A stretch of DNA of 64,000 bases from Candidatus Aminicenantes bacterium (GTDB taxonomy: Bacteria; Acidobacteriota; Aminicenantia; Aminicenantales; JAFGBC01). Positions 29,319 to 39,813 of the stretch are shown here, piece by piece. The notes beneath the pieces are model-generated. The model did no database searches, was not told the origin of the DNA, and saw nothing but the letters and a program-made list of their open reading frames with translations. Where the stretch lies: positions 1,664,001 to 1,728,000 of the forward strand of contig OY969696.1 in NCBI GenBank assembly GCA_963702005.1, read 5' to 3'. The translations under genes were made by a program, and so were the position numbers. Position 1 is the stretch's first letter; every line of letters begins with the position of its first letter.

Positions 29319-30197
29319 ATGAAGAAGGCGCGCTGTTTTCACGTCGTTGGCGCCTCCCTGGCGGCCGGGACGGCCTTGACCTTGCTTTCGGGCGCGGGCC
29401 CCCGGCAATCCGTTCCCGACCAGAGACTGGCCAGAATTCTGGCCATGACGAAAGTCTATTGCCAGCGGCTGGAAAAGGCGGCCCTGGATTTCGTCTGCAT
29501 CGAGGATATCAAGGAAGAGATCTTCAATCTTCCCCAGATCGAACCCGACGTCATCCTGCCCGGCGGGCAGACGACGAGCTGGTCGTTCTCCTACCGGGCT
29601 CCCAGGCGGGGATTCGTCAGGACTTACGTCCATGACTATCAATTTATCCGCAAGGCGGGCCGGAGTGTCGAGAGACGGACGCTCATCAAGGAGGACGGGA
29701 TTCCCAGGAAGGAGGAGAACGCCCAGCTGACGACCCTGACGGTCCGGGTTGAGAACGCCCTGTTCGGCCCGGTCGGCCTGCTCGGAGGGGAGCGGCAGTC
29801 CCAGTACGACTACAAGATCGTCGACGAGGAAACCATCAAGGGCCAAAAAGCCTTCCTTATCGACGCCGTCCCCGGGCCGTCGTTAGCGGGAGCACACTGC
29901 AACGGCCGGATCTGGGTCCTTGAGGAGGACGCCGGCATCATTAAGATCGAGTGGAATCAGACTTCGGTCGGGAATTTCCAGATCATCCGCGAGATCGCCG
30001 AGAAACTGAAGGCCGAGCCGGCCCTGGTCTCGATCACGGAGTACGATGTCGTCAAAAACGGGATCCGGTTCCCGAGCCGCGACACGACGGAAGAATCCTA
30101 TCTCTTAAAAAAGAATAAAAAGTTCGTCCGCTCGATGACGACGATCGTCTACAAGGACTATAAGTTCTTCACCGTCGAAACGGACGTTCGGTTTTAA
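29319..30197 (+). CDS. hypothetical exported protein
   Basis: GGAGGTG SD, signal peptide, C-terminal YKDYKFFTVET. Confidence 0.75.
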   Translation: MKKARCFHVVGASLAAGTALTLLSGAGPRQSVPDQRLARILAMTKVYCQRLEKAALDFVCIEDIKEEIFNLPQIEPDVILPGGQTTSWSFSYRAPRRGFVRTYVHDYQFIRKAGRSVERRTLIKEDGIPRKEENAQLTTLTVRVENALFGPVGLLGGERQSQYDYKIVDEETIKGQKAFLIDAVPGPSLAGAHCNGRIWVLEEDAGIIKIEWNQTSVGNFQIIREIAEKLKAEPALVSITEYDVVKNGIRFPSRDTTEESYLLKKNKKFVRSMTTIVYKDYKFFTVETDVRF

Positions 30198-30221
30198 CGC
30201 AAGCGGATAAGAGGCTGAGGC

Positions 30222-31322
30222 TTATTTTAGGGTAAGGGAAAAATCGTTACGTCTGAGATATTCGTTTCCCGAATCGTCGGTTTCGACAAAATACATCATC
30301 TTCCCGGAGATAAAGAGCGGAATCTGCACCAGAGTCGTTGAGCCGAAGAACTTGCCTTGAGAGGAAAAGACATCGACGGGGACGGCGCTATCTTCGCGGG
30401 TGATATCCTGGGCGAAGCGAAAAACAAAAACATATTGTGGCGAGATCCGGACAGCCCTGATGAGCGTTTTGACCTCCGGGATTTTTTTTGTGAATTCCCG
30501 GGCGATCGGCCCGGGCCAGCCTCGGGCGGCGACGATATCTCGAATTTCCCGTTCCAGATAGGCCTTCTCCGCGCCGCTGATCTTTCCCGGCCTCACGTCT
30601 CTTTGAACGGACCCGACGATCCGTCCGCTTTCGTCCAGCAGGGTCAGGTCATAAAGGTCGCTGATTCCGACCAGGGCCATTCCTCCGCCATAGCCGAATA
30701 GGAGTTCGGGGACATAGACATCGGAAGAATAGTTGAACCCCACGGCCTGGCCGGTCTCGTCGCTAAGGGTTGTCATGAAGGTATCCATCGGCTGAGTGTG
30801 GAATGTCGCTTTGATATTGTTTTGTCCGTCGACCATCATCTGTCGCCGGCCGGCGGGCTGCCAATCCCAGCATAAAAACCGATCGGGGCCGATATAGCTG
30901 AGTCCTAAACGATCGCCGAGGTTGAGCCGCCTGATAAATGTCCCGGCGGTTTTAAAAAAGGAAACATAGAAATTTTCGAGGACCGCGATTTCGGCCCGAG
31001 TCGTAAAGACGATAAAACTTGGGGACTGGAAATCGCCCGGTCCTTGCCCTTTCCCTCCGAATTTATGGAGCAGCCGGCCTTCGGGGGAAAATTTAACAAC
31101 CTTGAATTCCTTGTCGTCCAGGACGTAGAAAGATCCTTCGCTATCTTCGCAAATCGAGGCGATGGATCCGAAGAATGATTCTTGACGGCCGATTTCGAGC
31201 GACTTCCCGAGATTAATTTCGACCCGTCTTTCCGCCGGAGCGAGGGCGGCCATGAGCCCGAGGAGCGAAAAAATAACAGCCATCACGAATCGACTATATC
31301 GTCGGCCGCGGATCTTTGTCAA
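30222..31322 (-). CDS. exported 6-bladed beta-propeller protein
   Basis: DSEGSFYVLD, FSPEG, FGGKGQGPGDFQSP, DVFSSQGKF; lower GC. Confidence 0.8.
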   Translation of the reverse strand: MTKIRGRRYSRFVMAVIFSLLGLMAALAPAERRVEINLGKSLEIGRQESFFGSIASICEDSEGSFYVLDDKEFKVVKFSPEGRLLHKFGGKGQGPGDFQSPSFIVFTTRAEIAVLENFYVSFFKTAGTFIRRLNLGDRLGLSYIGPDRFLCWDWQPAGRRQMMVDGQNNIKATFHTQPMDTFMTTLSDETGQAVGFNYSSDVYVPELLFGYGGGMALVGISDLYDLTLLDESGRIVGSVQRDVRPGKISGAEKAYLEREIRDIVAARGWPGPIAREFTKKIPEVKTLIRAVRISPQYVFVFRFAQDITREDSAVPVDVFSSQGKFFGSTTLVQIPLFISGKMMYFVETDDSGNEYLRRNDFSLTLK

Positions 31323-31448
31323 TAAACGCGCCCGGAATTATTCTCCAATCTCGTCCCGGGTCCGGAACCCCGGGACCGGACGGCTTGAGGTTTGACGCCG
31401 GATATGCTCAGATAAGGATATCGTGGAAATCCTAACGAGGAGGCGGCC

Positions 31449-31781
31449 ATGATAATTAAGGATGTCCCCTTTACGGTCACCGATTGGAGCCGTCTCCCGG
31501 CCGTCGAGCATAAGGGGGAGACGGGGGTGTCGGTCTGGAAGACGGTCGAGGCGAGCGGAATCCGGGTCCGGATGGTCGAATACTCGCGCGGATTCAAGGC
31601 CGATCATTGGTGCGGCCGCGGCCATATACTTCTCGTCCTGGACGGAGAAGTTGAAATCATCGTCCTGGGCGGCGACGCCCACATCCTGAGATCGGGTATG
31701 GGGTTCGAAGCCGGGGACGACAACTCCCGCCCCCATCTCGTCCTGAGCTCGAAAGGCGCCCGGGTTTTTATCGTCGACTAG
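31449..31781 (+). CDS. DHCW-motif cupin fold protein
   Basis: HKGETG, RMVEYSRGFKADHWCGRGHI, FIVD. Confidence 0.85.
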   Translation: MIIKDVPFTVTDWSRLPAVEHKGETGVSVWKTVEASGIRVRMVEYSRGFKADHWCGRGHILLVLDGEVEIIVLGGDAHILRSGMGFEAGDDNSRPHLVLSSKGARVFIVD

Positions 31782-31788
31782 CCCGCTT

Positions 31789-32841
31789 TCAATCCCGGGC
31801 TGCCGCCTCCATGAGCAGAAAAAAGGCCTGGCCTTCGGTGGCGACGCCGGGCGCCTCGAACGTCGGCGAACCGCAGACGTTGCGGACGTAGCCGCGATCG
31901 TCGACTTTGGTTTCCGCGGCCGCGCGCATCCTGTCCGCCCGGGGTCGATACGAGACGTCCAGCCAGCCGGCCTTGATGCCGCGGTAGATCGAGTAGGCAA
32001 GCATCTGGGCCAGGTTGGTCTCGACGAAGCTCCGCGGATCGTCCACGATGTCGTGAAAAAGCCCGTCCGTTCGCTGGCGGGCGAGGCATCCGTCGATGAC
32101 GTCTTTGATATAGCCCGCCAGCTTGCGTTTGTCTTTGGCCATGGCGCCGGGCAGGGCGTTCGCGACCCGCGTCATGCCGGCCGCGGCCCAGCCGTTCCCG
32201 ACGCCCCAGAAGGCCTTGCGCTCGAAATCGCTCCGGCCGTCGTCCCAGATGTGTGAGAAGAGCTTCGCCGCCGGGTTCCAGAGGAGGTGCCGAAATCCTT
32301 CGACCTGTTTGACGGCCTCGTCGGGCCGGCCGGCGACGGCCAGAAAGGGCGGGGCCATGTACATGGAGTCGATCCAGACCTGGGATTTGTCGTCGATGTG
32401 ATGGAGGGTTCCGTCCTTGGTCTTGGGGGCCTTATGGATCAGGTAGTCCAGCATCTTGTCCGCTCCGGCCTTGAGCTTGGGATCGCCGGTGAGTTTGGCG
32501 GCGAGGAGCACGGCCTCTCCGTTCGCAGCCGGGTCCGTAACGCCGTGGTTGTCGCAGATCTGGCCCAGCCGGCCGTCGTCCCATTGGCGAAGGACCGCCT
32601 CGTTGGCCATGAGGATGACGAGGTCCGTATCGCCCCTTTCGAGAAGGGCTTGGGCCGCGACGCCCTGCTCCCAGGCATGGCGCTGCATCGAAAGCATGGC
32701 CTGGCGGACTTTGAGACAGGTCGCCTCAATATCAGTCTCCGCTTCCCTCGATCTGTCCCGTGACTCGGGCTTTAACAGCATCGATGCTCCAGCCGCCGAG
32801 CCGGCCGCGAAACCCCGCTTTATGAATTGGCGTCTGTCCAT
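31789..32841 (-). CDS. GH88/GH105 family glycoside hydrolase, Tat signal
   Basis: DRRQFI; WIDSMYMAPPFLA, FWGVGNGWAAAG, DGLFHD..DDP.SFVET. Confidence 0.85.
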   Translation of the reverse strand: MDRRQFIKRGFAAGSAAGASMLLKPESRDRSREAETDIEATCLKVRQAMLSMQRHAWEQGVAAQALLERGDTDLVILMANEAVLRQWDDGRLGQICDNHGVTDPAANGEAVLLAAKLTGDPKLKAGADKMLDYLIHKAPKTKDGTLHHIDDKSQVWIDSMYMAPPFLAVAGRPDEAVKQVEGFRHLLWNPAAKLFSHIWDDGRSDFERKAFWGVGNGWAAAGMTRVANALPGAMAKDKRKLAGYIKDVIDGCLARQRTDGLFHDIVDDPRSFVETNLAQMLAYSIYRGIKAGWLDVSYRPRADRMRAAAETKVDDRGYVRNVCGSPTFEAPGVATEGQAFFLLMEAAARD

Positions 32842-32873
32842 GGCTCCTCCTCGTCGCCGAATTCTTATGACGC

Positions 32874-34301
32874 TCAGCGGATGCCGACGGTTCCCCGGAC
32901 GGCCTCGATCAACTTGGCCGAGTCGTAGCCGATTCCATTCTTGAAGACGATTTCGACCTTTTCGATGTCGGCGATCGTCTGAACCGGATTGCCTTTGATC
33001 AGCACCATATCCGCCTGCTTACCGGCGGCCAGGGTTCCGATCCGGTCCAGTTCGCCCAGATACAGCGCGCCGTTGTACGTTGCGATCTTGATGGCCTCGA
33101 CCGGAGTGAATCCCGCCTCGACCAGGAGCTCCACTTCGCGCTGGTCGCCGAAGCCCGGCACGACTCCGCCGTAGCCGGTCGGGTCGGGTCCCGCGATGAG
33201 CAGCCCTCCTGCCTTGACGAAGGCCAGCTCGAACTCCATCTCTTTCTTGAGCAGGGCGGGCATGGGGGGATCTTTAAGCTCGCCCACGCGCGCCCTCTGG
33301 GTGAGGTAGAGAATCCTCGTTTCCGGCGCCATGGCGTCCAGGACGCACTGTTGAAGCGGGGGCCGGCCGGGCACGGAGATCTCAAAGACCGGCAGCGTCG
33401 AGGTCACGGCCACCTTGTGGGCCACGAGCTCTCGGATCGTCCCTTGGACTTGCGGGTCGGCGATGTCCAGCTTGAGAAGCGTGTCCCGTGCCTCCCGCGA
33501 AGGAGGGCAGCTGTCAGGCTTTTTCCCGGGGACGAACTCCGTGTCCACTAAAATTCCATGCTCCAGGTCGTCGATGCCGAGAGCCGCGGCTTCGCGGAAA
33601 CCGATCGAGCACAGATGGCCCGTGATTTTCTTGCCGCGCTTGTGGGCTTCTTCGATGGCAGCCGCCAGCTCGGCCCGGGTGATATTTGTGTAGGCTTTGA
33701 AGTCGTCCACGCCCTGGTCCGCCCAGTATTGGACCATCCGGCGCGCCTCCTCCGGATCGCCGAGTTCGTGCATCTGCAACGTGAAAGCCCCCGGGCCCTC
33801 CAGGTAGGGACTGGTGACGTGGATCTTAGGGCCCGGCGCCCGGCCTTCATCGATGGCCTTCTTCAAGTTGAGTTCCGTGAACGGCTCCAGGCTTCCGGTC
33901 GTGCGGATGGTCGTCGCGCCGCAGGCCAAGTACAGCCGCGGAGCGCTGAACTCCAGCGTGTTGTAGTGGGCGGGGCCGGCGGGATAGAAGATGTGATCAT
34001 GCATGCCCACCAAACCGGGGATAACGGAGTAATCCCGCATCTCCATGACCTTGGCGTCCGGCGGAACCGGGACCGCCGCCGCATCCCCGATCGCCCGGAT
34101 TTGGCCCCCTGAAACGATTATGGTCTGGTCTTCGCGCGCCGGGGCGCCGGTCCCGTCGATCACCCGGACATGGGTCAGTGCGATCAGGGGGGCATCGACG
34201 GCAACAAAGGCTTGAACGGCGGGCGACAGCGCCGCAGGGGTTTGAGCCTGGGGAGCGAATAATGTCAGGATAAAGGGGACGATTAAAAACATTTTACGCA
34301 A
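32874..34301 (-). CDS. secreted metal-dependent amidohydrolase
   Basis: VIPGLVGMHDH, DDLEHG, IGTLAAGKQADMV. Confidence 0.88.
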   Translation of the reverse strand: MRKMFLIVPFILTLFAPQAQTPAALSPAVQAFVAVDAPLIALTHVRVIDGTGAPAREDQTIIVSGGQIRAIGDAAAVPVPPDAKVMEMRDYSVIPGLVGMHDHIFYPAGPAHYNTLEFSAPRLYLACGATTIRTTGSLEPFTELNLKKAIDEGRAPGPKIHVTSPYLEGPGAFTLQMHELGDPEEARRMVQYWADQGVDDFKAYTNITRAELAAAIEEAHKRGKKITGHLCSIGFREAAALGIDDLEHGILVDTEFVPGKKPDSCPPSREARDTLLKLDIADPQVQGTIRELVAHKVAVTSTLPVFEISVPGRPPLQQCVLDAMAPETRILYLTQRARVGELKDPPMPALLKKEMEFELAFVKAGGLLIAGPDPTGYGGVVPGFGDQREVELLVEAGFTPVEAIKIATYNGALYLGELDRIGTLAAGKQADMVLIKGNPVQTIADIEKVEIVFKNGIGYDSAKLIEAVRGTVGIR

Positions 34302-34316
34302 AGGGCACCTCCCTTT

Positions 34317-36458
34317 TTATTTAATGAAGCCTTTTCGCCGCAGAAGCGCGTCGACCTTGGGCTCGCGACCCCGGAAGCGCTTGTAGAGGACCATGGGATC
34401 CTCGCTGCCGCCCTTGGAGAGGATGTTCGTCCGGAACGAAAGGGCCGTGGCCGGGTCGAACAGGCTCGTCTCCTTGAAGGCCTCGAAGGCGTCCGCGTCC
34501 AGGACCTCGGACCAGATGTAGCTGTAATATCCGGCCTCGTAGCCTCCGGAGAAGATATGCCGGAAATAAGGGCTCCGGTAGCGGACCACGATCTCGGGGA
34601 TGAGGCCGATTTTTTTCATGGCGTCGGCTTCGAAGGTCAGCGGGTCCCGTTCGGCCGGATCGGAGAGCGTGTGCCAATCCATATCCAGATAGCAGGCGGC
34701 CATGTACTCGACGGTGGCGAAGCCCTGATTGAAAAGGCCGGCCCGCTTGATCTTGGCCAGGAGCTCGTCGGGGATGGGCTCGCCGGTCCGGTAGTGGCGC
34801 GCATAGGACTTGATGACGTCCGACTGCTGGGCCCAGTTCTCCATGATCTGCGAGGGGAGCTCCACGAAATCGCTCGGAACCGAGGTGCCCGACAGCCTTT
34901 CGTAGGTGCATCGGGAGAGAAGCCCGTGAAGACCGTGGCCGAACTCATGGAAGAGGGACAGGGCGTCCTCGAAGCTGATGAGGGAGGGAAGGTCGCCGGT
35001 CGGCCGCGAGAAATTCCCGTTGCTGGTGACGAGGGGCGTCACGAATTTCCCACCCCGCGCGGACTGCTGGCGGAGCTCGTTCATCCAGGCCCCGCCCACC
35101 TTGCTCGACCGGGGAAAATAGTCCGTGTAGAGGACCCCGACGTGGCGGCCGTCGGCCTCCTGGACCTCGAAGACCTTGACCTCGGGATTGTAGACGGGGA
35201 TATCGGTCCGTTCGATGAACTTCAGGCCCCAGAGCTTCCCGGCCACGGCGAACGCGCCGTCCCGCACGTTCTCGAGCTTGAAGTAGGGCCGGAGGGCCTC
35301 GTCGTCGAGGTCGTACTTGGCCTTTTTAACCTTTTCGGCGTAATACCACCAGTCCCAGGGCTCGAGCTTGAAGTCCTTGCCGTCTTTCCGGATCATCTCC
35401 TGGAGGTCCCGGGCTTCCTTCTTGGCCATGGCCAGGGCGGGCGGCCAGAGTTGATCGAGGAGCTTGGCGACGCCGGCGGGCGTCTTGGCCATGTTCTCCT
35501 CGAGGACGAAATCGGCGTAGGTTTTATAGCCGAGAAGCCCGGCTTTCTTGACGCGAAGCGACGCGATCTTGGCCAGGATCGCTTTATTGTCGAATTTGTT
35601 GTTGTTGTCGCCGCGGTGGATATAAGCCTTGAAGAGCTTCTCGCGCAGGTCGCGTTTCTCAGAGTAGGTCAGGAAGGGGATCAGGCTCGGCTTATGGAGG
35701 GTGAAAACCCATTGACCGACAAGACCTTTCTCGCCGGCGGCGTCGACGGCCGCCGCGACCACGGCGTCGGGGAGGCCGGCCAGATCCTCCTTTTTATCGA
35801 TGGCGAGGAAAAAGCCGTTGTCCTCCTTGAGGACGTTCTCGTCGAACCGTAAGGACAGGACGGCCAGTTCTTTGTTGATCTCCCGGAGCTCGGCTTTCTT
35901 GGTTTCATCGAGGTTGGCTCCGCCCCGTATAAAGTCCTTGTAGGTCTTATCGAGGAGTGTCGCCTGCTCGGGGCTGAGGCCCAATTCGTCTTTATGTCCG
36001 TAGATGGCCTTGACCCGGCCGAAGAGCTTCGCGTTGAGCAGGATGTCGTCCTGGAGCTGGGAGAGGAGGGGAGCGACCTCCTGAGCGATAGCTTGCATCC
36101 GGTCGTTCGTTTCAGCCGACATCAGGGGGTTGAAGACATTGTTGACGCGATTGAGAAGGCTCCCGCTCGCCTCGAGGGCTTCGACCGTGTTGGCGAAGGT
36201 CGCGGCCTCGGAATTATTGACGACGGCTTCGATCTCACGGCGCTCGTCCTCGATTCCCTTTTTATATGCCGGCAGGTAATGGTCGTCCTTGATCTTGTCG
36301 AAGGGCGGGGTCCCGAAGGGCGTCGTCCAGGCGGCGAGCAGGGGATTTTCTTCCCGGGGCTGAGTTGCCTTAGTCTCTTTGATCGTGCATCCGGGGAAGA
36401 GGACAAGGATCGAAAGGGCCGTCAGGATTGTCAGGATCGGAAGGGTTGTCCGTTTCAT
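34317..36458 (-). CDS. dcp: M3 family peptidyl-dipeptidase, lipoprotein
   Basis: FHEFGHGLHG, DFVELPSQIMENW, GYYSYIWSEVLDADAF. Confidence 0.9.
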   Translation of the reverse strand: MKRTTLPILTILTALSILVLFPGCTIKETKATQPREENPLLAAWTTPFGTPPFDKIKDDHYLPAYKKGIEDERREIEAVVNNSEAATFANTVEALEASGSLLNRVNNVFNPLMSAETNDRMQAIAQEVAPLLSQLQDDILLNAKLFGRVKAIYGHKDELGLSPEQATLLDKTYKDFIRGGANLDETKKAELREINKELAVLSLRFDENVLKEDNGFFLAIDKKEDLAGLPDAVVAAAVDAAGEKGLVGQWVFTLHKPSLIPFLTYSEKRDLREKLFKAYIHRGDNNNKFDNKAILAKIASLRVKKAGLLGYKTYADFVLEENMAKTPAGVAKLLDQLWPPALAMAKKEARDLQEMIRKDGKDFKLEPWDWWYYAEKVKKAKYDLDDEALRPYFKLENVRDGAFAVAGKLWGLKFIERTDIPVYNPEVKVFEVQEADGRHVGVLYTDYFPRSSKVGGAWMNELRQQSARGGKFVTPLVTSNGNFSRPTGDLPSLISFEDALSLFHEFGHGLHGLLSRCTYERLSGTSVPSDFVELPSQIMENWAQQSDVIKSYARHYRTGEPIPDELLAKIKRAGLFNQGFATVEYMAACYLDMDWHTLSDPAERDPLTFEADAMKKIGLIPEIVVRYRSPYFRHIFSGGYEAGYYSYIWSEVLDADAFEAFKETSLFDPATALSFRTNILSKGGSEDPMVLYKRFRGREPKVDALLRRKGFIK

Positions 36459-36548
36459 GAGCATCACCTCCATGGCGTCGGAAGCCGCTATTGTTCCTCA
36501 GATCGGAGCTTTTTTCAAGGGCAGGCCGCGTTTGATGATGGCTTACGT

Positions 36549-36577
36549 TTGACTTTGTCATGTTACGGTTCTAAGAT
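36549..36577 (+). promoter_or_regulatory. candidate promoter for the small-gene run
   Basis: TTGACT-N17-TAAGAT. Confidence 0.45.
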
Positions 36578-36677
36578 TTCATAGAAAGAACGAGGGAAAA
36601 TTAGCGAGCGAAACGGCCCGTAAGAACGGCATCACTAAGAATTTTCTAGCGGCGAGATATCGTATTAGGAGCAAGCT

Positions 36678-37292
36678 GTGCATCTAGTCGATCAAAGGCT
36701 ATTGGGAATAGCCATTCTTGTTTTGTTGGTCATGCTTGTCATCGTCAAACGAACGGCTACGGGTTCCATCCTGGACAAGCCCCAAGGCAGCTTTATGGTT
36801 CGGCTCGTCAATATCTTCAACCTTTTTTTCTTACTGGTTGTGAATCCCTTGGCCGCGATATTTCTGTTCACTCGCCGGCTCGAGACGATCGATCCAATCC
36901 ACATGACTATTGAGCTGCCATGGATTTTAATGGTTTTAGAAATCGCAGGGTTGGCAATGTATTTAACAGGGTTTCTCCTCATGGCCTGGGCATTGATAAG
37001 GCTGGGCCGCAACTACCAACTAGGGGGAAGCACTCCTCGATCTGAAGATGAAATGATCAGGGACGGACCCTACAGGCTCGTCAGGCATCCTATGTATACG
37101 GCGGCGTTGAGCATTTCCCTGGGACTTACCTGCCTGATCCAGTCTTGGGCTTTCTTTGGCGTATTTTGCATCTATCTTGCGTTGATCCTCCCCCTGATTG
37201 CCATGGAGGAAGACGGGTTGCAGAAAGCCTACGGCGAGCGGTATGATGCTTACCGCCGTAAAACAAAAAGAATCATTCCCTTTGTTTACTGA
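36678..37292 (+). CDS. ICMT/PEMT family membrane methyltransferase
   Basis: GPYRLVRHPMY, EE...YGERY..Y......IIPF. Confidence 0.85.
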   Translation: MHLVDQRLLGIAILVLLVMLVIVKRTATGSILDKPQGSFMVRLVNIFNLFFLLVVNPLAAIFLFTRRLETIDPIHMTIELPWILMVLEIAGLAMYLTGFLLMAWALIRLGRNYQLGGSTPRSEDEMIRDGPYRLVRHPMYTAALSISLGLTCLIQSWAFFGVFCIYLALILPLIAMEEDGLQKAYGERYDAYRRKTKRIIPFVY

Positions 37293-37323
37293 TTCGGATG
37301 GATGTCGTCGCGGGAGATAAGAT

Positions 37324-37611
37324 ATGTCGTTTAGAAACCTGAAGATTACCTGTGTCAAAGCTGAGGGAAAATGCAGCCGAACCTCCGTGGGCGCGACTTT
37401 CTACATCAGAAATGCAAAATTGGAAATCCCGCCGGGGGAAAGCGTTTGTATTTTCGCCCTGGGGAGTCTCTTGCAGCCTATCACGGGGGCGATTATCAAA
37501 AACAAGAGGGGAGAGGGCCTTTTGGATATCTTGGCGGAATGGCAGTGTCCCGATCCTTTGGCCAAAATCATCTTTAAGATTGAAGAGGAGAAATCTTTTC
37601 CCAAGACTTAA
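37324..37611 (+). CDS. small Cys-containing protein, TIGR04076-like
   Basis: GKC, VCIFALGSL, QCPDP...IIFKIE. Confidence 0.7.
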   Translation: MSFRNLKITCVKAEGKCSRTSVGATFYIRNAKLEIPPGESVCIFALGSLLQPITGAIIKNKRGEGLLDILAEWQCPDPLAKIIFKIEEEKSFPKT

Positions 37612-37653
37612 GAATGAAGATGCGCCGCTTGTTCGTGATATTGTGAATAGCGC

Positions 37654-38178
37654 ATGAATGAAACCGCGATTCGGGCGCTCGTCGGCGATCTCAGCCGCGC
37701 CTGGAACGATCGAGATCTTGATCGGTTCATCGGCTTTCTGGACGAGTCTGTCGTTTGGGATGATCCCGCCCTGCTCATGGGTCCGGCCATCGGGCGGACG
37801 GGCGTCCGGAGATTCGCCGAGAGCCTATTGAGGGCTTTCCCGGACTTCTCATACTCGATAAGAGAGCCGATCTGCATCGCCCCGTCCTGCGAGCGCTGCA
37901 TCGTGCCCTGGGAGATCACCGCCACGCACACGGGCTCCTTCGATCCCCCCGGTTTTGCCCCCACGAATCAAACTATAAAAATTCAGGGAACGGATGTGCT
38001 CGAGCTGAAAGGCTTGAAAATCACCAGGATAGATACGTATTTCAACGTGATAAAGGCGGCGGAGCAGGCGTTGCGGATTCGGCCTTTCCCGAAAGGGGGA
38101 ATGCGCAAGAGGATCATACTCTGGCTCCAAAGGCGCCGGGCCCGCCGGCTTCGGCGCATGACGAAGGTCAAAAAATGA
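37654..38178 (+). CDS. SnoaL-like / ester cyclase (NTF2 fold) protein
   Basis: AWNDRDLD, RAFPDF, THTG.F...APTNQ. Confidence 0.82.
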   Translation: MNETAIRALVGDLSRAWNDRDLDRFIGFLDESVVWDDPALLMGPAIGRTGVRRFAESLLRAFPDFSYSIREPICIAPSCERCIVPWEITATHTGSFDPPGFAPTNQTIKIQGTDVLELKGLKITRIDTYFNVIKAAEQALRIRPFPKGGMRKRIILWLQRRRARRLRRMTKVKK

Positions 38179-38663
38179 ATGCGCTGGCCGGGAGAAATGA
38201 GATGCCCCAAACCATGACTCTAAAACCCGTCGGTCACGTCGTTTCCTCCGTTGAGAATATGGTGGATGAAGAATGGGGCAGCGTAATCTCAAAGATAGTT
38301 CTTCTCCCGGAATATGCGGGGGGACTTGACGGCCTCGACGGGTTTTCACATGCCATCGTCGTAACATATCTGCACAAGGCGAAATATGATCGGTCCCTGC
38401 ATTTGAAAAGACGTCCCCGAGGGCTCGAAAGCATGCCTTTGGTGGGCATCTTTTCGCAGAGAGCCAAAGACCGCCCCAACCCCATCGGCATAACAGCTGT
38501 GAAATTGGTCCGGGTCGGGGCTGAATATCTTGAAGTGCAGGGCCTGGATGCGATCAACGGAACGCCCGTTTTGGACATAAAGCCGTACTTTCCTCAATAT
38601 GACAGAATCGCCGTGCCCCGGACTCCGGAATGGGTGGACGAACTCATGAAAGGCTATTTTTAA
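38175..38663 (+). CDS. tsaA: TsaA/TrmO-like SAM-binding methyltransferase
   Basis: LKPVG, LDGFSH, GIFSQRAKDRPNPIG, GLDAINGTPVLDIKPY; start may be 38202. Confidence 0.8.
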   Translation: MNALAGRNEMPQTMTLKPVGHVVSSVENMVDEEWGSVISKIVLLPEYAGGLDGLDGFSHAIVVTYLHKAKYDRSLHLKRRPRGLESMPLVGIFSQRAKDRPNPIGITAVKLVRVGAEYLEVQGLDAINGTPVLDIKPYFPQYDRIAVPRTPEWVDELMKGYF

Positions 38664-38686
38664 TCGGACCCGAAGGGCAGAAAGAA

Positions 38687-39754
38687 ATGGGGAAAAGGAA
38701 ACGCTTGCTCCGCTTGTTCGTTGGCCTGGTGGGCCTTGGGTTGGTCGGGTTTGCGCTGGTGGTCATTGAGTTTATTCTCATGCGCGGTGACACGCCCAAG
38801 ATAGGCGGTGTCCGAAGCATCGCGTCGCTGGAGAAGATCGATCTGGGCGGGGCCGCACAGTGGGTGCTCATTCGAGGTTATGACTCTACAAAGCCCGTCA
38901 TTCTCTTTCTTCATGGGGGTCCGGGGATGCCCGCCATGTTCCTGGCGCACGCCTGCCAATCGGGCCTGGAACGCGATTTCGTCGTCGTGCACTGGGATCG
39001 ACGCGGGGCGGGCAAGTCCTTCAAAGCCGCTCGTAAGGGGGGATCCTTGACCGTCAGCCGGACGCTTGAGGATACTTACGAACTCACTCGCCTTCTCCGC
39101 GAACGCTTCGGCCGGAAGCGCATCTATCTGGTCGGTCATTCGTGGGGAAGTTATCTTGGGCTCCACGCTATTCGCGATCACCCCGAATATTTCGATGCGT
39201 TCATTGGTATGGGACAGCTCGCCGGGACCCTGGCCGAGGTCCGCGAGATCCGGCGCGAGTTCATCGCCCGCGCGGCAAGGGAAGCGGGTGATCGGGAGTT
39301 CTCCTCCCGGCTCCTGAACAGAGACGTTGAGGTGAATGAGAATGACCTCTTTCGGTACGGAGGGGAATTGTATGGCGCTCGGAACTTTTGGCCGATCTTG
39401 AGAACGGGCCTTTTCGCCCCGGAATACACGCTATGGGATGCCCTGAACGTTAAAAGGGGGGTGGATCTTGTAAACCGTGAAATGAACTATGATGTGCTTC
39501 CGAAAATGTTCGAAGGAGAGATTCCCGGCTTTAATGTGCCGATTTTCTTCTTCCTGGGACGGCGCGACTTCAACACTCCATCCCAGCTGGCGGCAGCCTA
39601 CTTGGATCGGCTGGACGCTCCCCTTAAGGGCCTCGTTTGGTTTGAAAAATCGGCACACTTCCCGTTCTTCGAGGAGCCTGATCGATTCCATGTAGAAATG
39701 GTCCGGCTCGATAAGACCGTTAGCGAGTTTTGGGCCGGCCGTTCCGACCGGTGA
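38687..39754 (+). CDS. alpha/beta hydrolase (proline iminopeptidase-like) with N-terminal anchor
   Basis: FLHGGPG, WDRRGAGKS, GHSWG, SAHFPFFEEP. Confidence 0.88.
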   Translation: MGKRKRLLRLFVGLVGLGLVGFALVVIEFILMRGDTPKIGGVRSIASLEKIDLGGAAQWVLIRGYDSTKPVILFLHGGPGMPAMFLAHACQSGLERDFVVVHWDRRGAGKSFKAARKGGSLTVSRTLEDTYELTRLLRERFGRKRIYLVGHSWGSYLGLHAIRDHPEYFDAFIGMGQLAGTLAEVREIRREFIARAAREAGDREFSSRLLNRDVEVNENDLFRYGGELYGARNFWPILRTGLFAPEYTLWDALNVKRGVDLVNREMNYDVLPKMFEGEIPGFNVPIFFFLGRRDFNTPSQLAAAYLDRLDAPLKGLVWFEKSAHFPFFEEPDRFHVEMVRLDKTVSEFWAGRSDR

Positions 39755-39813
39755 GTCTGCGCTGTTGACGACCAAAAAGATCTGATCCCGCTCTTGGATA
39801 GGAGAAAACGTAC